Of a stretch of 64,000 bases of DNA, positions 39,905 through 49,622 are shown in pieces. This DNA comes from Thermodesulfobacteriota bacterium (lineage in GTDB: Bacteria > Desulfobacterota > Desulfarculia > JACQYL01). The stretch's first letter is position 1; the number at the start of each line of letters is the position of its first letter. The stretch covers positions 1,280,001 through 1,344,000 of the forward strand of contig CAXXLZ010000002.1 of assembly GCA_963675595.2 (NCBI GenBank), given 5' to 3'. A program made the translations under genes and the position numbers. Below the pieces are notes generated by a model that was not told the origin of the DNA, searched no databases, and saw only the letters and a program-made list of their open reading frames with translations.

Positions 39905-42169
39905 ATGCGATTACCCTGGCGATGGCTTCCGTGGAAATTCGTTATTCGGAGGCTGGCCAGAGCCCACGGAGTTTTGGACCCCCTCTCTTTGGTTTCCCAA
40001 ATATTCAAACTGGCTCAGCCCTCGGAGGTTGCCGCTCCCATGGAACTGGTTCGAGGGTGGGTGGTCTTCCATGCCAGGGGCCTCTTGAACACCCGAGCCA
40101 TACAGAGCAACCTGGACTGGATCTGGCCCTACTGGGTGCAACGTCAATTCGACCCCGGAGACACGTCCTTCCTGCCCAGGGCTTTCTCCATTACGCACGT
40201 CAATCTGACTCACCGCAACTGGACCGCCGTGGGCTTGCCCGACTGTGTGTTGTATCCCATCGTAGATCCCAGAGGTCTGGTAACGCCTTTCTTCGACGGA
40301 TGGTCGCTGGACGGGTGGGTGTTCGACGACACCGATCAGTGGCTGCTGCCCCCCAAGGCGAAGCAGGCGACTCAGAATCTCGTGTACGACGACCGGGCCA
40401 TGGCGGTGGAGACCTTGGTGGAAAACGCCGGTATGAGTCTCCGTTCCACCGTGGACGTGATTTTGGAAAACAACGACCCGGTGTGTCGGTTGCGGTACCT
40501 GATCCGAACCGATCGGCGAGCGCGATTCGCGTTGGCACTTCGCCCCTGCAATCCGGAAGGCGTCAGCATCGTGCGAAGCGTGTCCATGTCCTCCGACAAA
40601 AAGAAATGGTCCGTCAACGACGTTTCGTGCATCCGATTCGATACAGCGCCGTCACGCCACCTAACGTCCACCTACCAACAAGGAGACGTCTACCGCCGCC
40701 TTCTCTACGGGAAGGAACAGCGGAAGGCCGTATGCAAGGCGGGACTGGCCTCGGCGGCGGCCGTCTACGACGTGAAACCCGGTGTTCCGAAAGAGGTCGA
40801 AGTCCGAATCTCACTCCTCGACGAACCCGAACTGGGCGCGGCCTTCCCAACCCGAAGAAGAAGCCCGGATTGGTCCGAGGCGCTGAGAAAGGCCTGTAAA
40901 CTCGACGTACCGGACCAACGAATCCGCTTTTTATTCGACGCCGCGGTAAGAAGCATCATTCTTCACGCTCCCCTGGAAATCTATCCCGGCCCCTACACCT
41001 ACAAACGGTTTTGGTTCCGAGACGCCGTCATGATTTTGAACGCCATGATTTCTTTGGGATTACATGATCGCTGCGAACGAACTCTGGAGTTTTTCCCGGA
41101 ACGGCAAAACCATGCCGGTTTCTTTCACTCCCAGGAAGGGGAATGGGATTCCAACGGTCAAGTCATGTGGATTTTCAGGAGATTCTGCGACGCGGCGGAC
41201 CGACCTTGCAGACCGGAATGGTTGAAATCGCTCATAGAGGCCGCCCGATGGATCAAACGCAAACGCACGTCCGCCGCCGGCGACCATTTGCACGCCGGCC
41301 TGCTTCCCGCCGGTTTCAGTGCCGAGCACTTGGGAAACAACGATTACTACTATTGGGATGATTTCTGGAGTGTGGCGGGACTCAGGGAGACCGCCGTCTT
41401 GTGCGATCGCCGCGGTGATTACTCAAGCGCTCGGGCTCTGCGCGCGGAAGCGGTCCATCTCATGCGTTGTATCGAGAAGAGCCTGGAACGTTCTCGATCG
41501 CTCAGAAACTGCGACGCCCTTCCCGCCTCTCCCTACCGACGGATGGACGCGGGCGCGGTGGGGTCCATTGTGGCCGGGTATCCACTGCAACTGTTGTCAC
41601 CGCAGGATTCCAGACTGAAGAACACAGTGGAGTTCCTCATGAAGGAATGTTTCTTCCAGGGGGCCTTTTTCCAGGACATGGTGCACTCCGGAATCAACGC
41701 CTACCTTTCTCTCCATTGCGCTCAGGTGCTGCTTCGTGCGGGAGATCCCCGTTCCCTGGAAATCCTCACGAAAACGGCCGAACTGGCTTCACCCACGGGG
41801 CAATGGCCTGAAGCCATCCATCCCCGAACCCTGGGGGGGTGCATGGGCGACGGCCAACATATCTGGGCCGCGGCGGAATGGATCATGATGCTGAAACACC
41901 TCTTCGTCCGCGAAGAGGGAGAAGGCCTCGTCCTGCTTCAGGGTATTCCCGCGGAATGGACCCTGCCCGGACAAACATGCGAAATCGGTCCGGTTTATAC
42001 GGACTTCGGTCCACTGACCATTCGACTGCAAGCCGAATCGCGGGCGCTGAAGGTGAGCTGGGAACCCGGCGGGCACCTCCGACAACCCACCATGGACTTT
42101 CGCCCCCCCGGTTGGGAATCCGTCCGCGTCACCGATCCGGACACACGAGAATTAACCTTTTCAAGGTGA
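39905..42169 (+). CDS. Uncharacterised six-hairpin glycosidase-like protein
   Basis: CAGGAGG RBS; FWFRDA, EWDSNGQ, YYWDD, WPEAIHP...GDGQH motifs of (alpha/alpha)6 glycoside hydrolase-like folds. Confidence 0.65.
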   Translation: MRLPWRWLPWKFVIRRLARAHGVLDPLSLVSQIFKLAQPSEVAAPMELVRGWVVFHARGLLNTRAIQSNLDWIWPYWVQRQFDPGDTSFLPRAFSITHVNLTHRNWTAVGLPDCVLYPIVDPRGLVTPFFDGWSLDGWVFDDTDQWLLPPKAKQATQNLVYDDRAMAVETLVENAGMSLRSTVDVILENNDPVCRLRYLIRTDRRARFALALRPCNPEGVSIVRSVSMSSDKKKWSVNDVSCIRFDTAPSRHLTSTYQQGDVYRRLLYGKEQRKAVCKAGLASAAAVYDVKPGVPKEVEVRISLLDEPELGAAFPTRRRSPDWSEALRKACKLDVPDQRIRFLFDAAVRSIILHAPLEIYPGPYTYKRFWFRDAVMILNAMISLGLHDRCERTLEFFPERQNHAGFFHSQEGEWDSNGQVMWIFRRFCDAADRPCRPEWLKSLIEAARWIKRKRTSAAGDHLHAGLLPAGFSAEHLGNNDYYYWDDFWSVAGLRETAVLCDRRGDYSSARALRAEAVHLMRCIEKSLERSRSLRNCDALPASPYRRMDAGAVGSIVAGYPLQLLSPQDSRLKNTVEFLMKECFFQGAFFQDMVHSGINAYLSLHCAQVLLRAGDPRSLEILTKTAELASPTGQWPEAIHPRTLGGCMGDGQHIWAAAEWIMMLKHLFVREEGEGLVLLQGIPAEWTLPGQTCEIGPVYTDFGPLTIRLQAESRALKVSWEPGGHLRQPTMDFRPPGWESVRVTDPDTRELTFSR

Positions 42170-42229
42170 TCCGTTGTCTCTTTTTAGAGGCGCGAAACGA
42201 AAACCGTCTGCCGGTCCGATGAGAAGAAC

Positions 42230-43510
42230 ATGAACATCCTGATGGTAACCAATACGTTTACACCCCATGTGGGCGGCGTGGCTCGGTCTGTGGAACGGTT
42301 CACGGCCGAATATCGTCGGCAGGGACGGCGCGTGGTGGTGGTGGCTCCCGAATTCGAGGGGCAACCCGACAGGGAGCTGGATGTGGTGCGAGTCCCCGCC
42401 ATTCGTCACTTCAGCGATGGAGACTTCTCCATGAGCCTACCCGTAATCCACCTGGATTCCCTTTTCCAGGACGGATTCCGGCCCGATTTGATTCATTCCC
42501 ACCACCCCTACCTGCTGGGGGACACGGCCTTGAGATTGGGGGCGAAGTTCGGCGTCCCCGTCGTATTCACGCACCACACCATGTATGAAGAATACACCCA
42601 TTACGTGCCCGGCGACTGGGAACAACTCCGAAAATTCGTCGTCGAACTCGCCACGGGTTATGCCAACATGTGCGCTCACGTCATCGCACCAAGCGGTAGT
42701 GTCGGCGAAATCATCCGGAGCCGAGGCGTGTCCGCGCCCATCGAGGTGATCCCGACAGGCGTGGAAACCGATGATTTCCGTGAAGGCGAGAGAGACGAAT
42801 TTCGTCGGAAACACGATATTCCGGCGGAGGCCTTCGTAGCGGGTCACCTCGGTAGACTAGCTCCGGAAAAAAATCCGGAATTCCTCTGCCGCTCTCTGGT
42901 GCGGTTCCTCAGCCGCCACAAGGATGCTCATTTTCTGGTGGTGGGTGACGGACCCTCCACCCACGATATGCGAAAAATTTTCAGCAAAGCCCGGCAGGAG
43001 AGGCGAGTCCACTTTACAGGCACTTTAAAGGGACGAGACGTGGTGGACGCCTACCACGCCATGGATGTATTCGCGTTTTCCTCGAAATCGGAAACCCAGG
43101 GGTTGGTCCTGGTGGAGGCCATGGCGTCCGGAGTCCCGGTGGTCGCACTGGACGCACCCGGTGCACGCGACGTATGCCGGGATACCCGGAACGGAAGGTT
43201 GGTGAAAAACGAGGACCCGGAGGAATTCGCTCAAGCGCTGACCTGGACCAAGGATCGCTTGGGCGATTCGCCTGAATGGTTCAGCGAAGCATGCGAAGAA
43301 ACGGCCGGCGCGCACTCGTCGTCGTCCTGCGCGGAAAGGGTTTTGGCGCTGTACAAAAAGATATTGGATGAAAAATCAGCGAGAAAGGGTTTCGACGAAA
43401 AGGCATGGGATACTCTGCACAGACGAGTTAGACGGGAGTGGGAACTCTGGAACAACCGTTTGGGTGCCTTGGCCGACACCATTTCGGACGCCGTCGGCGG
43501 AGGCGACTGA
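42230..43510 (+). CDS. GT4 glycosyltransferase
   Basis: MNILMVT...GGVARSV, GRLAPEKN, ETQGLVLVEAMASG. Confidence 0.92.
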   Translation: MNILMVTNTFTPHVGGVARSVERFTAEYRRQGRRVVVVAPEFEGQPDRELDVVRVPAIRHFSDGDFSMSLPVIHLDSLFQDGFRPDLIHSHHPYLLGDTALRLGAKFGVPVVFTHHTMYEEYTHYVPGDWEQLRKFVVELATGYANMCAHVIAPSGSVGEIIRSRGVSAPIEVIPTGVETDDFREGERDEFRRKHDIPAEAFVAGHLGRLAPEKNPEFLCRSLVRFLSRHKDAHFLVVGDGPSTHDMRKIFSKARQERRVHFTGTLKGRDVVDAYHAMDVFAFSSKSETQGLVLVEAMASGVPVVALDAPGARDVCRDTRNGRLVKNEDPEEFAQALTWTKDRLGDSPEWFSEACEETAGAHSSSSCAERVLALYKKILDEKSARKGFDEKAWDTLHRRVRREWELWNNRLGALADTISDAVGGGD

Positions 43511-43587
43511 GTTTCCATGAACCGCAGCGTCGGGGGAGTATTGCCGCACGTACCGTCCACTTTCAACGTTCAATCGAGGGGGTTCTT

Positions 43588-44733
43588 ATGGACAGGCTGA
43601 CGAAAGAAGACCTTAGAATATTGATGGGAATGACGCACGGCGCTTCCGTATCCATGTATTTGCCCACCCACAGGTCCGCCTCAAAAAACCAGGAAGATCG
43701 AATTCGTTTCAAGAACTTGCTCCGCAACGCCGAGGGCAAGCTCAAAGAGCGTGGGGAATCCGACCCCGGAGAAATCCTGGCCCACGCCTACGCTCTGCAT
43801 GACGACAGCATGTTCTGGCGCCATCAGAGCGACGGTCTCGCGGTGTTCGTTTCCCCCGATTATTTCCGCTCTTTTCGCCTCCCCGTTTCCTTCAAGGAAA
43901 TGCTGGTGGCCGCTCGGCGCTTTCACATCAAACCGTTGATTTCGTTCCTTACCAATGACCAGTTGTTCTACGTCCTGGCTCTCAGCTTGAACCGTGTCCG
44001 CCTGTTGGAATGCAGCCGACAAAGCTGCGAAGAAATACAAACGGAAGGAGTACCCGAAGGCATAGGTGACACACTCAAATACGACGAATTCGAAAAGCAG
44101 ATACAGTATCACACCGGCGCTTCCTCGGGCGGAGGGAGAAGACCGGCCATGTTTCACGGTCAGGGCGTGGGAAACGACGACAACAAGGACAACATCCTCC
44201 GCTACCTCACCGACGTGAACAAAGGCATAAAAGAATACATCAAAGAGCCCAAGGCCCCGGTCATTCTGGCGGGCGTGGACTATGTGCTTTCCATGTATTT
44301 GAATCTTTCCTCTCTGCCCAACGACATGGAAAAAGGAATTCCCGGGAATCCGGACAATTTGAGCAACAAAGAGCTGCACGCGCGCGCATGGGAACAGGCC
44401 AGGAGTCGTTTGGAGGGAAAAGAACGGAAGGCCTTGGAACGAATCTCCGAAATCGGCGACGCGCAACGCGTTTCGCGCAGTGTAAGGGAGGTGGTGCCGG
44501 CCGCCTTCGAGGGGCGCGTGGAAGAGCTCTTTGTTCCCTACGGAAAGCACGTCTGGGGCGCCTATGACGCGGCCGCCAATTCAGTCGACGTCCATGACCC
44601 GAAACATCCGGGAGACGAAGACCTCTTGGACTTGGCGGCGGTTCAGACTCTGATGAGAGGCGGAACCGTTTATGCCCTGGAACCCTCAAGAATCCCCGAT
44701 GGAAACCCTTTGGCAGCCGTATACCGCTATTAG
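43588..44733 (+). CDS. baeRF (aeRF1-like) protein, Balon-like
   Basis: VSMYLPTH...DRIRFKNLL; FHGQG in place of GGQ; PVILAG; GRVEELF; C-terminal AAVYRY. Confidence 0.8.
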   Translation: MDRLTKEDLRILMGMTHGASVSMYLPTHRSASKNQEDRIRFKNLLRNAEGKLKERGESDPGEILAHAYALHDDSMFWRHQSDGLAVFVSPDYFRSFRLPVSFKEMLVAARRFHIKPLISFLTNDQLFYVLALSLNRVRLLECSRQSCEEIQTEGVPEGIGDTLKYDEFEKQIQYHTGASSGGGRRPAMFHGQGVGNDDNKDNILRYLTDVNKGIKEYIKEPKAPVILAGVDYVLSMYLNLSSLPNDMEKGIPGNPDNLSNKELHARAWEQARSRLEGKERKALERISEIGDAQRVSRSVREVVPAAFEGRVEELFVPYGKHVWGAYDAAANSVDVHDPKHPGDEDLLDLAAVQTLMRGGTVYALEPSRIPDGNPLAAVYRY

Positions 44734-45014
44734 CGGACCATTCAAAGCAAGAAATCGGACTTTGAATTTTGGTCGCTCCCATCCACCAACAAAGAGATTG
44801 ACGAAAGCATGGTAGACGAGCGATCATTGGGACTGAATTTTGAGTGGACATGAGTAACAGGTGTTAATGCTTCGAACATTTCAGAAGAGGAGATGAAACG
44901 GGGAAAGAGTTAGGGAATGGTCACAAAAAGAAGTTAATTTTTATCAGTCAAGATAGCGGATCGTTTTCAAAGAATGAATCTTTTCCAAATTCTACCTCTC
45001 GATTGGAGGAGGCC

Positions 45015-45557
45015 ATGAAAATTAAGTGGATATCGGTGATCGTTGTGGCCCTGTTCGCAAGCATGTTGCTTCTGGTCGCTTGCGAAAAGGAACAGCCCCA
45101 AGAACAGCCGCAGGAACAAGTACAGGAACAGGTGCAGGAACAACCTGCTGCGGAACCTGCAACCGAGCAGGCTCAAGAGGCTATGGACAGCGCCAAGGAA
45201 AAAATGGGTGAAGCCGTGGAGCAGGCGGGTGAGGCCGCTGAGCAGGCGGGTGAGGCCGCGACCGGGATGAAGGACGAGTTCGTAAACATGGCTCAAGACA
45301 AGCTCGCCCAGGTCGAGACCGAGCTTCAAGCCCTGAAGACGACCATGGATGAAAAAGGCGAGTCCGTTACCGAAAGCGTCAAAATGGAATGGGAATCCTT
45401 ACAGGCCAAAGTAGACGATGCAAAAGCGGAACTCGACAAGATCAAGGCTTCGGGAGAGGACTCCTGGGATGCTGCCAAGATGGCCGTACAGAAATCCTTG
45501 GACGAACTCCAATCCGGATATGAAGACCTGAAAGGAAAGTTCGGAGCTGCCGAATAA
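45015..45557 (+). CDS. Acidic coiled-coil lipoprotein
   Basis: GGAGGAGG RBS; lipobox LVAC; QEQ(P/V) and EQAGEAA repeats. Confidence 0.85.
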   Translation: MKIKWISVIVVALFASMLLLVACEKEQPQEQPQEQVQEQVQEQPAAEPATEQAQEAMDSAKEKMGEAVEQAGEAAEQAGEAATGMKDEFVNMAQDKLAQVETELQALKTTMDEKGESVTESVKMEWESLQAKVDDAKAELDKIKASGEDSWDAAKMAVQKSLDELQSGYEDLKGKFGAAE

Positions 45558-45747
45558 ACAGCCGGACTTTTAGGACACGGGGGAAGAATTCCGCCGCCGC
45601 CGCATACGCGGTTACAGGTCGAACTTCCCGCGTCGTCGAAACGAGGCCCGACGCAAGAGAAATGATGCTCTCTTGATTCGGGCTTTCGTGTGTCCGTGGG
45701 GCGTTAACGGCATTAGTGGCCGAGCCTGCGACCTAATCGGACGTGGA

Positions 45748-46932
45748 TCACTCCCTCTTACCGCGAAGCCCATCACCGCAAATCCTTCGGTACAGTTCCG
45801 TCAACCTGAAAAAGGTCCGTTCACAGGAGAAGTGCTCCACGATGCGTTTTCTTCTACGCTCCCGATCTTCCTTGGATTCTCTCCGCTCGCAAATTCTTCT
45901 CACCTGAACCGCCAGGGAGTCGGGGCTTTCATCCTCGGCCACGATCAGAGGTTCTTCACCCTCGAGGGTTTCTTCCATTCCCCCGCCCCTTACGCAAAGA
46001 ACCGGCGTTCCGCAGGCCTGGGCTTCGAGAGAGACCAGGCCGAAAGTCTCATGAAGACCGGCGTGCACGAACAAATCGGAAGCCGAATAGTATTCCGAAA
46101 GCTCTTCGGGATTCCTCAAGTAGGGAAGCCGTGTCACATGATCCCGCCTCTCGACTTCCTCCAGCACTTCGTCCCGCGTGTCTCCTTCTCCAATGATCAC
46201 CAGGTGAAAACGTTGCTCCTCGTTTTCGAGCAGGTCCATCATCCCGAACAGACTTTCCAAATTCTTCATGTGAGCCAAACGTCCCACAAACAATAGCAGA
46301 AACGTGTCCTCAGCGAGATGCAGTCGATGGAAGAGTTTCTTCCTCGCTCCCTCCCGGGGCTTGAAGGCCTCCGCGTCCACACAAAGCGGAATTCTGACGA
46401 TCCTCTCAATTCCCAGGTCGGTCAGGATGCGCTCGAATCGCAGAGTGGCCACGATGGTCGCGTCCATCCGGTTGTGGAGGCCGCGTAGGTAACGCCCCGT
46501 GTGTCTAGACACAAGTCGGCCGGGCGGAGACCCCAGGTATCTCCGAATGTCGTCGCCGAAGGCGCGAGGATAGTCGGAATGGTAGAAGGCGACCACCGGC
46601 AGATTCCATTGAAGCCCCGCCTTCAGTCCGATCCATGCGGACCAGTACGAGTCCTCCACTTCCAACAGGTGCGGGCGCTCCTCTGAAATGATGTGTCGGA
46701 TCTTCTTCCATGAAGTGAGCATCCGATAGTTGCCGGACCCGATCAATGGGAAAGACTTGATCCCGTATATTCGGGTTCGGCCTACCTCTCGCAGTTCGTC
46801 TCGTTTTGAGGGGATGATCAGCACATGCCGCAGATCGGGCCTACTTTCCAAATAGTGCATTTTATCATTGATATAACGTTTCACCCCCCCACTGGTGGGA
46901 CTATAGAACTGCACGATATCGCAAAGTTTCAT
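45748..46932 (-). CDS. GT4 glycosyltransferase
   Basis: FYSPTSGGVKRY, FVGRLAHMKN, ETFGLVSLEAQACG. Confidence 0.92.
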   Translation of the reverse strand: MKLCDIVQFYSPTSGGVKRYINDKMHYLESRPDLRHVLIIPSKRDELREVGRTRIYGIKSFPLIGSGNYRMLTSWKKIRHIISEERPHLLEVEDSYWSAWIGLKAGLQWNLPVVAFYHSDYPRAFGDDIRRYLGSPPGRLVSRHTGRYLRGLHNRMDATIVATLRFERILTDLGIERIVRIPLCVDAEAFKPREGARKKLFHRLHLAEDTFLLLFVGRLAHMKNLESLFGMMDLLENEEQRFHLVIIGEGDTRDEVLEEVERRDHVTRLPYLRNPEELSEYYSASDLFVHAGLHETFGLVSLEAQACGTPVLCVRGGGMEETLEGEEPLIVAEDESPDSLAVQVRRICERRESKEDRERRRKRIVEHFSCERTFFRLTELYRRICGDGLRGKRE

Positions 46933-47217
46933 GTCCGTCTCGGTACGCCTGCGTTCCGTCGAACGGCTTGGTTGGTGGATGAGATTCCTACATTCATGGT
47001 TAATTTATATCACAGTAAAGGAACGGCGCGAGAAGGCCACTGAAATGACACAAAAAAACAAGGACTCCTCTCGAGAATCCGTCGGCACCTTTTTCGCAAG
47101 GAGGCTCTTTCGGGTCGCCGGAATGGAGAAATACACGATACAGCCGATTCGGTTTCCGACGACTTGTTATAGAATTCCTACCGAATCGAGAAACACAAAA
47201 AGAATAAGGAGGTCGTC

Positions 47218-47520
47218 ATGACGGCTTGTGGTGAATTTACAAGAAGCATGTTGAGGGACCCCGTTGATGTAAAGGTGGATTCTCCGGCTCTCGACCTAAA
47301 GTCCGCCCGCGATGTCGCGGACGGCAGGGCCGCCGAATTGGCCGCGGATCCCATGCTGATTGCCTGGTACGACGCGAAAACGGGCATGTTCTCTCCTACG
47401 GTGGAATGCTGCAGCGAAGAGAAACCGGGTTGGTTGGTTTACGCCGAATCCAGGGGAGGAGACTTGGTTATCGACGTCAACAAGGAAGAATACGTGTTCG
47501 TTTACCATAGGGGCAACTAG
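47218..47520 (+). CDS. AF1514-family (DUF5619-like) small protein
   Basis: AAGGAGG RBS; PMLIAWYD...SP.VECC..KPGW..YAESRGG. Confidence 0.7.
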   Translation: MTACGEFTRSMLRDPVDVKVDSPALDLKSARDVADGRAAELAADPMLIAWYDAKTGMFSPTVECCSEEKPGWLVYAESRGGDLVIDVNKEEYVFVYHRGN

Positions 47521-48461
47521 TGGAATCCGTCATCACGTTAACCATGAATCCCTCCGTCGACGTGAATACTTCCATCGACAATGTGGTTCCCGAAAGGAAG
47601 TTACGTTGCGGTGAGTATGCCTATGAGCCGGGAGGAGGAGGTCTAAACGTTTCAAAAGCCCTGTCCAAACTGGGAAGTGAATCCTTCGCCTATTTCACCC
47701 ATGGCGGGCGGACGGGGCTTCTGCTCAACGACCTGATCAGCAAAGAGGATATCAACAGCCGGGGCATCCCCATACAGGGATGGACGAGGCAGAACTTCAT
47801 CGTTCTGGAAAAGAACACGGATCAGCAATACCGTTTCGGAGCACCCGGCCCCCGCCTGGAACGAGTGGAATGGGATCGGGCGTTGGAGACCGTCCTCAAT
47901 CATGAGCCGAAGCCCGGTTACTTGGTGGCCTCGGGAAGTCTCCCACCCGGCGTTCCCGATGATTTTTACGCGCGCCTGGTCCGTCGTGCGCGTGAACGTG
48001 ATATACGAGTGGCATTGGACACTTCGGGAACTCCCTTGGTAAACGCCCTTCAGGCGGGGCCCTTCCTTGTCAAACCCAATTTTCGGGAGTTGCGGCTCGC
48101 GCTGGGAAAAGACCTGTCCGAAGAGAAAGAACAGGAAGACGCCGTGGCGGACCTTGTCGCGACCTGCGGATGTGCTCTTGTGGTGGTATCCCTGGGAGCC
48201 GCCGGCGTGCTGGCTGGCACGCGCGACGGAGTGAAAAGATTTCGGGCTCCCACGGTTAAAATCCGGAGCACGGTGGGCGCGGGCGACAGTACCGTTGCCG
48301 GAATGGTGTTTCAACTCGCCCGGGGGAAGTCCCTTTCAGAAGCGGTTTGTTACGGCGTGGCCGCCGGTTCCGCCGCGGTGATGACTCCGGGAACGGAACT
48401 CTGCCGCAAAGAGGATGCGGACAGGCTGTTCGAGGTCATTGTATGCTCCGCTTCCCTGTAA
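47520..48461 (+). CDS. PfkB / 1-phosphofructokinase-family hexose kinase
   Basis: TLTMNPSVD, PGGGGLNVS, SGSLPPG, KPNFREL, STVGAGDS. Confidence 0.93.
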   Translation: MESVITLTMNPSVDVNTSIDNVVPERKLRCGEYAYEPGGGGLNVSKALSKLGSESFAYFTHGGRTGLLLNDLISKEDINSRGIPIQGWTRQNFIVLEKNTDQQYRFGAPGPRLERVEWDRALETVLNHEPKPGYLVASGSLPPGVPDDFYARLVRRARERDIRVALDTSGTPLVNALQAGPFLVKPNFRELRLALGKDLSEEKEQEDAVADLVATCGCALVVVSLGAAGVLAGTRDGVKRFRAPTVKIRSTVGAGDSTVAGMVFQLARGKSLSEAVCYGVAAGSAAVMTPGTELCRKEDADRLFEVIVCSASL

Positions 48462-48962
48462 GAACTCGAAGGAAAACACTCAATGTCCCGCTCCTATGAA
48501 CCGATGCCCCATGATAGACGAGAATCCCGAGGGGGACGGCGCGCATAAAGCTCGCCGAAGTCTTGAACAAGAGAGCGGGAGCCGCCGATCACGCGGTCCG
48601 GCATCCGTCTCGATCCTCCGCGGAACAACGGGGTGTTTTGATGCCTTCGACGGAGCCTATCCACTCCGGTCTCAAGGAAGCGAACAATCTCGACATATCC
48701 GGCCGGATCCATTTGCTTCCCGCCGTGGTATGGGGAACCGGATCGTCCTCCCGGTTCCGTCCTTTTCCGACACCTCGGTGCTCCGAGAAACCCCCTCTGA
48801 AATTTCATCAAGGTCGCCGTCCATTACGAGTTTCCGTCACACAACCCCTTGAGCCGGTGTCCGGAAAAGAGTATCTTGGCTAACTATGCGACTCGATTCT
48901 ATTTCTCAACATTACCAGACGGCGTCGCCCCACCGGAGACGTTTCAGGACCGGGAGAGCACC

Positions 48963-49622
48963 ATGGAGTACCCTTTTGAACTCAAGGATTGCGCTTTAAT
49001 CGCCATTGCCACCGGAGAAAAGGCGCAAACCCTCCGAGAACTCAGGGACCGACTTACCACCACCCACCAGGGCTGTATTTACTATCATTTCTGGGGTGGG
49101 CTGCTGGAAGCGCGATTCGACGATCCCGAATTCCAGAACGATTTCGCGGCTTGGGCCTGGCGCAGCCTTCACGACGCTCCTTTGGCGGAGCGTCTCGCCA
49201 TCATTGATCCCAAGAACTACGAAAATATGGACGCGCTGCGCCGCGAACTTATTGAGGTCATCGAGGAGCGACTCGATGAGAGCGAACTGCTTCCCTGGAC
49301 CAGAGCGGGGAATCAGTTTCGATTCATTCGATCACAAGTCGTCGTTTTTGATACCAAAATCAGAATCCATACCATCGAGGAACTCAAGGAGGCGATCCCC
49401 AGGATGTCCCAGGGGAGCGTCTTTTATCACTTCATCGACGCGCGCAGAAGGACCGAAAAAAGGGGCAACGACTTCTCGGAATGGGTCGTTCAGCTTGGGG
49501 AGCCCTATGAAGCTTTGGCCAATCAAATTCGGGCCATCGATCCGTACTTCACTTCACTCAGCGAACTCAAAGAGGAGTTGGAGAAGGTGATCGCAGGCTT
49601 TAAACCCAGGGAGGACGCCTGA
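48963..49622 (+). CDS. DUF5752-like protein (TreT partner)
   Basis: Internal duplication IYYHF...NDFAAW / VFYHF...NDFSEW; overlaps the treT-like start codon. Confidence 0.75.
   Translation: MEYPFELKDCALIAIATGEKAQTLRELRDRLTTTHQGCIYYHFWGGLLEARFDDPEFQNDFAAWAWRSLHDAPLAERLAIIDPKNYENMDALRRELIEVIEERLDESELLPWTRAGNQFRFIRSQVVVFDTKIRIHTIEELKEAIPRMSQGSVFYHFIDARRRTEKRGNDFSEWVVQLGEPYEALANQIRAIDPYFTSLSELKEELEKVIAGFKPREDA

Noticed and set aside
48462-48962. Small ORFs in the pfkB-DUF5752 gap
   Set aside because: No convincing RBS, motif or coding-like composition
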